Of a stretch of 26,886 nucleotides of DNA, positions 16,710-23,805 are shown in pieces (positions within the stretch are counted from its first letter, which is position 1; the number at the start of each line of letters is the position of its first letter). The position numbers and the translations under genes were made by a program. This stretch comes from an uncultured Polyangiaceae bacterium (GTDB lineage Bacteria; Myxococcota_A; Polyangia; Polyangiales; Polyangiaceae): assembly GCA_964652985.1 (NCBI GenBank), contig CAZZDE010000006.1, forward strand, positions 42,892-69,777. The letters run 5' to 3'. The notes below the pieces were generated by a model. It did no database searches. It saw nothing but the letters and a program-made list of their open reading frames with translations, and was not told the DNA's origin.

Positions 16710-17744
16710 TCACGGCACGAGCACCAGCTTCCCGGTGGTGCGACCGGACTCGAGGTCCGCGTGGGCGCGCGCGACGTCCGCGAGCGGGTAGGTGGTGACG
16801 GGCGGCGGAGCGAGCTTGCCCTCGCCGAACCAACGCTCGACCGCGCCGAGCCCGTCGTCGATCAGATCTTGCCGGTCGAACAGGTAGCTCAGGTTGAACG
16901 CCATCACGCTCTTGCTCGACCCGGTCATCTCGAGCGGATCGAAGCGCGGTGTCCGCAGCCAGTCGAGCGCGAGCTTCGGCCAGTTCGGTCGTCCGCCTTC
17001 GCGCGGCATCATCGAGTGGAAGCCATAGACGACGAGCTTCCCGGTGCGGCGCAGGTGCGCGTAGCTCTCGCGCAGCGTCGAGACGCCGTTCGCGTCGAGC
17101 ACCACGTCGAAGCCGTCGGGCGCGAAGCGCTGGGCCATGCGCCAGAGATCCTCGCGGCTCTTGTCGATCACGACGTCCGCGCCGAGCTGCTGCACGAGCG
17201 CGACCTTGTGAGACCCTCCGACGACGCCGGCAACGTGCGCGCCCGCGAGCTTGGCCATCTGGACGAGGACCGTCCCGACACCGCCGGCCGCCGAGTGAAC
17301 GAGGACGCGCGCGCCCGGTCGCGGGTGCGCGAGCTCGAACAGCGCGTACCACGCCGTGAGGTGGACCGAAGGCATCGCGGCCGCTTCGATCTCGGTGAGC
17401 ACGGACGGCCGGCGAAACACGAGCCGCCGATCGACCACGACGTGGGTGGAGTAGCCGCCGAAGCGCGTGACCGCGTAGACCTCGTCGCCGACGCGAAGGT
17501 CGACGCCGTCGCCGACGGCATCGACGACTCCGGCGACCTCGAAGCCCGGCGTGATCGGCCAGCCGACGTAGTAGCGAGCCGATTCGTAGAGGCCCATCCG
17601 AACGATCGTGTCGGCGAAGTTCACGCCGATCGCGCGGACGGCGACGCGCACCTCGCCGCGCTCGGGCGCGGCCGGCGTGAACCTCTCGAGCTTCAGCTCT
17701 TCGTGGCCGCCCGCGCGATGGACGACGACTTTGGTGCCGTCCAC
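16710..17744 (-). CDS. zinc-binding alcohol dehydrogenase / quinone oxidoreductase family (MDR superfamily)
   Basis: N-terminal GroES-like region (GEVRVAVRAIGVNFADTIVRMGLY), a Rossmann motif HSAAGGVGTVLVQMAKLAGAHV and a C-terminal GKLVL. The probable GTG start is at 17744 (VDGTKVVVHRAGG). Track ORF sequence upstream of this start is out-of-frame extension. Confidence 0.8.
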   Translation of the reverse strand: MDGTKVVVHRAGGHEELKLERFTPAAPERGEVRVAVRAIGVNFADTIVRMGLYESARYYVGWPITPGFEVAGVVDAVGDGVDLRVGDEVYAVTRFGGYSTHVVVDRRLVFRRPSVLTEIEAAAMPSVHLTAWYALFELAHPRPGARVLVHSAAGGVGTVLVQMAKLAGAHVAGVVGGSHKVALVQQLGADVVIDKSREDLWRMAQRFAPDGFDVVLDANGVSTLRESYAHLRRTGKLVVYGFHSMMPREGGRPNWPKLALDWLRTPRFDPLEMTGSSKSVMAFNLSYLFDRQDLIDDGLGAVERWFGEGKLAPPPVTTYPLADVARAHADLESGRTTGKLVLVP

Positions 17745-17872
17745 GTCAGGTCCGCGGACGGGACGTTCGTCCGGCTTCGCCCATGCGGAGGCCGTTGCGC
17801 GCGTAGTGGACCGTGTGGCTCTTGCACTTGGGGCAGGTTCCGTCTCGCATCGGCCGAGGGTAACCCGTCTCG

Positions 17873-18292
17873 TCACTCGTAGGTGCGCGCCTCGAGCACG
17901 TTGCCTTCGGGATCCTGGAAGTAGAACCAATGACGCGAAGTGCCGCGAGCGCCGAACGAGGTCTCCCCCACGCGGTGCATCTTGACGTTCGCTTGCTTCA
18001 AGCGCGCCGCGAGCGCTTCGAACTCCGCCTTGTCCATCCCGAGGCACACGTGGTTCATCGGCTTGCCGGCGGCCGTGGGCTTGTCTTCGCCGGTGAAGTG
18101 GGCGGCGAACTGCGCGGCGAGCGACGGCGTGAGATCGAGGATCGACGATTCGCTCAAGCGCACGCTCGGAAACGGTGCAGTCCCGGCGAGGAACTCGTCG
18201 CCGCGAACGGCGGGAAGCCCGACGACCTTCGTATAGAACTCGAGCGCTCGCTTCGCGTCCTCCACCCAGAGCACGACATGGTCGATGTGCAT
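17873..18292 (-). CDS. VOC-family (glyoxalase/bleomycin-resistance/dioxygenase) protein
   Basis: MHIDHVVLWVEDAKRALEFYTKVVGL ... HVCLGM ... WFYFQDPEGNVLE. The paired betaabbb modules with His/Glu metal ligands are typical of VOC. Confidence 0.8.
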   Translation of the reverse strand: MHIDHVVLWVEDAKRALEFYTKVVGLPAVRGDEFLAGTAPFPSVRLSESSILDLTPSLAAQFAAHFTGEDKPTAAGKPMNHVCLGMDKAEFEALAARLKQANVKMHRVGETSFGARGTSRHWFYFQDPEGNVLEARTYE

Positions 18293-18354
18293 GGGCTGAA
18301 TCTACGCGAGCACATCGCGCCGGTCATCGCCTGAGCTGTACTCTTCTCGAACGC

Positions 18355-20925
18355 ATGGCGACCACGAAGAAGAAAGCGTCATCACCCAAGGGCACGACCA
18401 AGTCCGGCGCTGCCAAGAAGTCGACGAAGCCGGGCTCGAGTCCGACCGCCCCCGCCGTGGTCGTTCACGCGGGGCAAGAGCTCGTCGCGATCGACGGTGG
18501 GTCGATGGTCATGGGCACCTCGATGGACGATCTCCTCGCCATGGTCCGCGTCGTGGCGCCCGCCGAGCTCGCCGAGCTCGAGCACGACGGGTTCGGAGAA
18601 TCTCGCCCTCCGCGCATCGTCGCGGTCGCACCGTTTCTCCTCGGACGATCGCTCGCGGATCGCGCGAAGCTCGGCCTCGAGGCGAACGGCGATCTCGCGG
18701 AGCAACTGCGCGCGCTCGGGCTCCGACTGCCGTCGGAGGCGGAGTGGGAGTGGGTCGCGCGCGAGGGCGGCGCCACGCGCTTCGTGTCCACTCGGCCCCC
18801 CGAGGGCGCGTTCGCGAAGACCAAGGACGTCCTCCGTGCGCTCCGCACCGAAGAGAACGGGTGGGGCGTGCGGCAGCTAAACGACGAGGGCGAGATCGTC
18901 GCGGATGCGTGGCACCCGTCGCTCGCCGGCGCACCACCGACGAGTGCCGCCTGGGAGCCCGAGCGCGGGCCGGGCGTCACGCGCACGGGGCACACCGCGT
19001 TTCAGGGATCGTCCGAGATCCGCGCGCTGTCGGCTGCGCATCGGGTCGCGCATCGCGGCGACGTCTCGGTTGCCGCGTTTCGCGTCGCGCGCGACGTGCC
19101 CGGGGCCGCCGCGCCTGCGCCCGACGCGTCGTTGCTCGCGACCTCCGTGCGCGACACCGTCGCCGCGCTGTCCGGGTCGGCGAAGAAGGAGCGAACGTTC
19201 GCGTTCGAGGTCCTCCGCATGCTCGGCCGCGACGGTCTGCACGACGTCGAGGCCGACGAGCTGGTCGCCCCGCTCCTCGCCGTCGCCGGCTCGCGCGACA
19301 AGTCCGAGGTCGCCGCCGCACTGCGCGCGATCGCCGACATCGCGTGCCGCGGACGTCGCGAGCTCGTCGAGGCGCGGCTCGCGCGTCGCGAACATCCGTT
19401 GCGAACCGCGCTGCTGCCCCGCATGGCCCCGCTGCTCGATCGCCTCGACGATCGAGATCCGGCAGTGCGCGCGGCTGCCGCGTGCGTCGCATGTGCGCTG
19501 CCCGAAGGCGCCGCGCGCCTCGCCGCGCGCGCGGCCGTCGAGGAGGAGCCCAACGCGCTGGCGAGTCTCGTCCTCGCGCTCGCGTGTCGGGGTGACGTCG
19601 CGCGGGCTCGCGACGTGCTCGCCGCGAATCCGCCGCATCCGCCGATCGCGCGCGCCACCGCCGCGCTCGCGCTCGCGGTGGGTGGCGCCATGCCCGAGCC
19701 GCCGTCCGTCGCGTTCGTCGCGGCGCTGAGCGAAGGCCTCGGCCTCGCCGCGACGGAGGCCTCGATGCCGTGGCTCGGCCCCGGCTTCACCGCGGTGATC
19801 CTATCCGTCGTCGAGCGCGGCGGCCCCGCGCTGCGGGACAGCGCGATCGAGGCGCTCGTGAAGGCCGCGCACGCGGCGGAGTCGTGGCCCGCGGTGGGGC
19901 TCCTGAAGTCGGCGCTCGCGCTCGCCTTCGGACCGCCGAGCGCGACGCCATCCTCGGAGCTGCGCAACGCTGCCACGCTGACGCCCGCGGTGCGGGCGCT
20001 CCTGACCGCGGCGAGCGAGCCCAAGCTCAGCCCGGTGGCAGGGCACCTCGGCTTGCCGTCGTACGCGGTTCCGGGCGATCTCGCCGTTCGGCGGATTTGG
20101 CTCGGGCTCGAGGCCCCGACCGCGGCGGATCGAAGCATCGAGACGGACTGGGAAGGTGCGCGGCGCACGTGGTCGATCGCGGCTTGGCTGCGCGCAGTCT
20201 GGGACAAGCACCGCCTCGCGTTCGCGCCCGATCACGCGCGTGCGCACACGGCGATGCAGCAGGAGGTCGCACCGGTGGTCGCTGGTTGGGATCCCATCCT
20301 GCGGCTCGAGCTCTCGCTCGACGGGATGCGCATCGTGATGCTCCCCGAGTTGGCGCCCGCGGTCGTAGCCCCCGCGGCGCTGGCCCACGACGCAGAGAAG
20401 GCGCGCGACGTCATGCAGAGCGCGCTCGCGCGCGCGCTTCGCGCTTCGCCAGCGAACCTCATCGACTGGAAGCTCGTCGAGATCGGGCTTCTCCTTCACC
20501 CCGGCGGCGACCTGCCGGCAGGGCTCGTCGAGGCCATCGCGGGGCGCTTCTACATGCTCTACGGCGATCACATGCTCGCGGCGGTCGGAGCGATGTCGCC
20601 CGCGCAGCGCGAGCAGTTCTTGGTGGAACGCTTCGAACGAGCTGTCGACGCGTACCCCAGCTCGCTCCTCGGCGTTTCGCTGCACGGCTTCGTGACGCGG
20701 CACGCGTTGCCACAGGTCGTTGCGCACCCCTCCGAGCGAACGGCTCGCGCGCTCGTCCGCGTCGCCGGGCGCGGGCCGATGCGGCGCGAGTGTTGGACGG
20801 AAATCGAGGCGGCGCGGGTTCCCGCGATCACGTCGGCGCTCGCCGCGCTCGGCCCGTTTCGCGAGCTCGATGCGAACGCGTCGCCGGAGCAGGTCCAGCG
20901 GTTCGTCGACGCGTACGTGGCGTGA
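18355..20925 (+). CDS. FGE-sulfatase (SUMF1-like) domain protein with a Lys-rich histone-H1-like N-tail and a C-terminal HEAT/PBS-lyase-like repeat region
   Basis: N-tail MATTKKKASSPKGTTKSGAAKKSTKPGSSPT. FGE-domain signatures (VAIDGGSMVMG, RPPRIVAVAPFLLGRSLA, LRLPSEAEWEWVAREG, WGVRQLNDEGEIVADAW). Then ~550 aa of Ala/Leu/Arg-rich alpha-solenoid with HEAT-like units (DKSEVAAALRAIADIA, DRDPAVRAAAACVACAL). Confidence 0.75.
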   Translation: MATTKKKASSPKGTTKSGAAKKSTKPGSSPTAPAVVVHAGQELVAIDGGSMVMGTSMDDLLAMVRVVAPAELAELEHDGFGESRPPRIVAVAPFLLGRSLADRAKLGLEANGDLAEQLRALGLRLPSEAEWEWVAREGGATRFVSTRPPEGAFAKTKDVLRALRTEENGWGVRQLNDEGEIVADAWHPSLAGAPPTSAAWEPERGPGVTRTGHTAFQGSSEIRALSAAHRVAHRGDVSVAAFRVARDVPGAAAPAPDASLLATSVRDTVAALSGSAKKERTFAFEVLRMLGRDGLHDVEADELVAPLLAVAGSRDKSEVAAALRAIADIACRGRRELVEARLARREHPLRTALLPRMAPLLDRLDDRDPAVRAAAACVACALPEGAARLAARAAVEEEPNALASLVLALACRGDVARARDVLAANPPHPPIARATAALALAVGGAMPEPPSVAFVAALSEGLGLAATEASMPWLGPGFTAVILSVVERGGPALRDSAIEALVKAAHAAESWPAVGLLKSALALAFGPPSATPSSELRNAATLTPAVRALLTAASEPKLSPVAGHLGLPSYAVPGDLAVRRIWLGLEAPTAADRSIETDWEGARRTWSIAAWLRAVWDKHRLAFAPDHARAHTAMQQEVAPVVAGWDPILRLELSLDGMRIVMLPELAPAVVAPAALAHDAEKARDVMQSALARALRASPANLIDWKLVEIGLLLHPGGDLPAGLVEAIAGRFYMLYGDHMLAAVGAMSPAQREQFLVERFERAVDAYPSSLLGVSLHGFVTRHALPQVVAHPSERTARALVRVAGRGPMRRECWTEIEAARVPAITSALAALGPFRELDANASPEQVQRFVDAYVA

Positions 20926-21040
20926 CACCGCGGGCGATCAGCCCGGGTCGTGTCGTTCACACTACACCGCGTTCCCGCGGACAATTCCGCACGCGCGACG
21001 CTGGCCCACGAGTTGCGTCCCCGAGTCCTCGGAGGGACAC

Positions 21041-22033
21041 ATGCGCACATTTGTCTTCACGGCGTTCGCGACCGGGGTGATCACGGTGCTGGCGTGCGGT
21101 GGCTCGGCTTCAGTGACCGGCCCCGACGACGCCTGTGGTCAGTATTACGATGCGCTCACCGCGTACGCCAAGCGCTGCTCGTCGAGCACCCTCAGCGGCG
21201 AGCGCAGCGACTTCCTCGCCATCTGCAAGGCCGCCCTCGCGGCTCCGGGCACGTCGATCACGCAGGGCATGCTCGCCAACTGCGCGAGCGCAGTGAACGG
21301 CACCACCCTGTGTTCGTTGAACGACATCGCCGCGTGCAAACCGGGGCCGGGATCGCTCGCGGACGGCACCGCGTGTGGAAGCGACGCGCAGTGCGCGAGC
21401 GGCGACTGCAAGACGACGACGACGAACGGTCTCTCGTGCGGCACCTGCGTGAAGACCGCGAAGGAAGGCGAGGCCTGCAACGTTGCGCCGACGAACACTG
21501 CGTGCGCGACCGACCTGCGATGCGACAAGAACGTGTGCGTGAAGAACGTCACGATCCCGCCCGGTGGCACGTGCTCGTTCACCGGGAGCCCGGGCTCGAA
21601 CTGCGCCGCGGGGACGGCGTGCAACGCGCCGCCGACGCCGAACGCGACTGGGACGTGCGCGCCCATCCCGAAGGAAGGGCAGCCGTGCACGACGACCTGC
21701 GACACCAACCTCGTGTGCTCCAACTCGGTGTGCATCGCCCGCGTCGACGTCGGCGCTGCCTGCACCACCAACAGCCAGTGCAAGAACGGTCTCTACTGCG
21801 ACACGACGACCAAGACCTGCGCCACGACCAAGATCGCGAAGGTCGGAGAGCCCTGCGGAACGACGGGCACCAAGTGCGACGCGGGCTTGGCGTGCACGTC
21901 GAACGGGACGAGCTCGACCTGCGTCGCGTTGAAGCGGAACGGCGAGGCGTGCACCGCCAACGACCGGTGCGCGGAGTTCCTCAACTGCATCAACGGCGTC
22001 TGCGGGATCAACGATCCCGGTCTGTGCAAGTGA
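21041..22033 (+). CDS. Cys-rich tandem-repeat lipoprotein (myxobacterial Cys-rich-repeat type)
   Basis: Lipobox VITVLACGGS, then ~8 tandem modules of ~35-40 aa with a G-x-(A/T)C-x(5-7)-C-x-(S/N)GxC-x(n)-C-x-x-C pattern. Examples: DGTACGSDAQCASGDCK, EGEACNVAPTNTACATDLRCDKNVC, VGAACTTNSQCKNGLYCD, NGEACTANDRCAEFLNC. Confidence 0.7.
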   Translation: MRTFVFTAFATGVITVLACGGSASVTGPDDACGQYYDALTAYAKRCSSSTLSGERSDFLAICKAALAAPGTSITQGMLANCASAVNGTTLCSLNDIAACKPGPGSLADGTACGSDAQCASGDCKTTTTNGLSCGTCVKTAKEGEACNVAPTNTACATDLRCDKNVCVKNVTIPPGGTCSFTGSPGSNCAAGTACNAPPTPNATGTCAPIPKEGQPCTTTCDTNLVCSNSVCIARVDVGAACTTNSQCKNGLYCDTTTKTCATTKIAKVGEPCGTTGTKCDAGLACTSNGTSSTCVALKRNGEACTANDRCAEFLNCINGVCGINDPGLCK

Positions 22034-22072
22034 GGTGACTACTGATGCACTGAGCAGAGCGGTGCTCGCTGT

Positions 22073-22089
22073 CGTACCATTTAGGTACG
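22073..22089 (+). terminator. hairpin cgtacc-attta-ggtacg, 40 nt after the Cys-rich repeat gene
   Basis: Perfect 6-bp inverted repeat with a 5-nt AT loop, read from the sequence. It lies in the only distinctly lower-GC intergenic stretch of the window. Confidence 0.3.
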
Positions 22090-22172
22090 GATCCTCGACA
22101 AATGCGTGCAAGATCAAAGTATTGCGCAGGTGATTGCCGCGTCGGCGTTTCGAGGGATAGCCTCGCTCGACC
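22090..22172 (+). promoter_or_regulatory. lower-GC intergenic region, probable promoter/5'UTR of the lipoprotein gene at 22173
   Basis: atcctcgacaaatgcgtgcaagatcaaagtattgcgcaggtgattgccg is conspicuously AT-richer than the surrounding DNA. No sigma-factor motif is confidently assignable. Confidence 0.25.
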
Positions 22173-22751
22173 ATGATCAAACCCCACCTCCCGATGCTCG
22201 CGCTCGCCGTCGTCTTCTCTGCCGGTTGCAAGAAGGACACGCCGACCCAAACGACGACGACCTCGGCGACGGTCGCGGCGACCACGACGGCTGCCGCAGC
22301 ACCGAAGAAGGGCGAATGCCAAGCGGGTTACACGAAGGTCGAGCAGATGGCCTTCTGCATCAAGCTGCCGGAGGGCTACACCGCGGACCCGCCCACGAAG
22401 GGGGACGATCCGAAGGAGCCGTTCTCGGTCGACTTCGAGAAGAACGGAGACAAGATCGATGGATTCACGTGTCACGTCACCACCGACACGTTCGCCTCGG
22501 TGAAGGAGGACAACGAGAGCTTCGTCGACAAGACGAAGCACGACGTGAAGGACACGGGTGACCTCCTCGGCGGCAAGGGTTGGTACTTCTTCTCGTCGAC
22601 GAAGGGCGCCAAGGAGGGTGGCACGATCGGCGTCTACGTGCAGGTGCCGAAGTACGTGGTCGTCTGCGAGCAAGCCGGCAACGGAAACTGGAAGGGCTAC
22701 CAGGCGACGCTCGAAATCTGGAAGACGATCATGCCGCTCGAAGGCGGCTGA
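22173..22751 (+). CDS. lipoprotein, hypothetical (Lys/Asp/Thr-rich)
   Basis: MLALAVVFSAGCKKD lipobox and a Thr-rich linker (TQTTTTSATVAATTTAAAAP). 192 aa. Confidence 0.6.
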   Translation: MIKPHLPMLALAVVFSAGCKKDTPTQTTTTSATVAATTTAAAAPKKGECQAGYTKVEQMAFCIKLPEGYTADPPTKGDDPKEPFSVDFEKNGDKIDGFTCHVTTDTFASVKEDNESFVDKTKHDVKDTGDLLGGKGWYFFSSTKGAKEGGTIGVYVQVPKYVVVCEQAGNGNWKGYQATLEIWKTIMPLEGG

Positions 22752-22768
22752 GTCCCACCGCACCGGCG

Positions 22769-23266
22769 ATGCTACGCTTCCCAGCGATGAAGCTCGTGAG
22801 CGCGACGATCGTCGTCACTGCGATTGGCTTGCTGGGTCTCGAGTCGAGCGCGCTCGCCTGCATCGATGCCGGAGCCCCGAACGCGGCATGCAACGACGGC
22901 GGCGCGGAGTGGATTTCGTGCAAGGCCCACTCGGATTGCCCGCAGCCGCAACTCTGTTTCGAGGGTACTTGCAGCTGCATCACGAAGTGCCCGTTCGGCG
23001 AGAGCTGCAGCGGGAGTGCATGTGCGTGCATTGCCATGGCCCCGGGGTGCCGTTGGGACATCATGTCGTGCCACGACCGCGGTCGCGACACCGCCATCAC
23101 GTGCAGTGCCGACGCGGGGACCGCCGACGCGGGGACCGCCGACGCTGCTGGCGGCGGATGCGCGGCAGGCGGTCGCCCGCCATCGGGAGCCGGCCCAATC
23201 ACGCTCGGAGCCCTCGTGGCGACCGTGCTGCTGCGCCGTCGGCGTGGCGGACGCGCTGCGCGCTAG
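22769..23266 (+). CDS. secreted Cys-rich protein with a MYXO-CTERM sorting signal
   Basis: N-terminal signal peptide and a Cys-rich module (CNDGGAEWISCKAHSDCPQPQLCFEGTCSCITKCPFGESCSGSACAC). The C-terminus GGGCAAGG...ITLGALVATVLLRRRRGG has the GC motif plus hydrophobic helix plus Arg cluster that defines the MYXO-CTERM tail. The start is 22769 or 22787. Confidence 0.7.
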   Translation: MLRFPAMKLVSATIVVTAIGLLGLESSALACIDAGAPNAACNDGGAEWISCKAHSDCPQPQLCFEGTCSCITKCPFGESCSGSACACIAMAPGCRWDIMSCHDRGRDTAITCSADAGTADAGTADAAGGGCAAGGRPPSGAGPITLGALVATVLLRRRRGGRAAR

Positions 23267-23288
23267 CGCAGTCGCGCGCGGAGAGTCC

Positions 23289-23699
23289 TCAGCGCGCACC
23301 CGACCCGCAGGTCATGCAGCGCTTGTCGTTCTTGCAGTAGAGGTCCAGGTCCTGGAACATCGAGATCGCGCCCGACGCGCGAACGGTGTCGCACGCTGCT
23401 TCCTCGTTCGCCGTGTCGCGCGGTTGGATCGTGCTGTTGATCTCGGCGAGTGGAGCGCCGCCGGGATCGCGAAAGATGCAGAGCGCCGTGATCGTCGGCT
23501 TGCCCGGGCAGTCGGCGTGGGCGCAGTACGCGTCGAGCGTCTTCTCCGCTTCGGCGCTCTCGCTCGCCTGGTACTGCACGTCCCTGGCGCACGCGGCGTG
23601 AGCCTTGGCCTTGTCGTCTTCGGTCGCCGGGGCCGTCTTCGCGCAGCCGATCGCCACCATCGATGCGAACGTGACGACGACGCACGTGCGGAAGGTCAT
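23289..23699 (-). CDS. small lipoprotein, hypothetical
   Basis: Start chosen at MTFRTCVVVTFASMVAIGCAKT (lipobox). About 136 aa with 8 Cys. Convergent with the MYXO-CTERM gene. Confidence 0.5.
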   Translation of the reverse strand: MTFRTCVVVTFASMVAIGCAKTAPATEDDKAKAHAACARDVQYQASESAEAEKTLDAYCAHADCPGKPTITALCIFRDPGGAPLAEINSTIQPRDTANEEAACDTVRASGAISMFQDLDLYCKNDKRCMTCGSGAR

Positions 23700-23805
23700 C
23701 GGCGAAAGGTAACAAGGGAATCGCGCGGTTGCCGTGGTCATCTCCACGACGTTTGCGATTCGCGCCAGCTGCTACGATGGCAATCGCGTGTTGGTCAATA
23801 GCCGC

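Noticed and set aside
15759-17882. 707-aa plus-strand ORF and 15643..16590 minus ORF across the LuxR and MDR genes
   Set aside because: Extreme Arg/Pro/Gly content (RRRGR..., PRGR...). They overlap genes with clear HTH and Rossmann motifs.
19002-20928. Minus-strand ORFs of 401 and 375 aa plus several 160-440-aa plus ORFs inside the FGE/HEAT gene
   Set aside because: Ser/Ala/Arg-rich shadow frames of an Ala/Leu/Arg-rich solenoid gene. No motifs.
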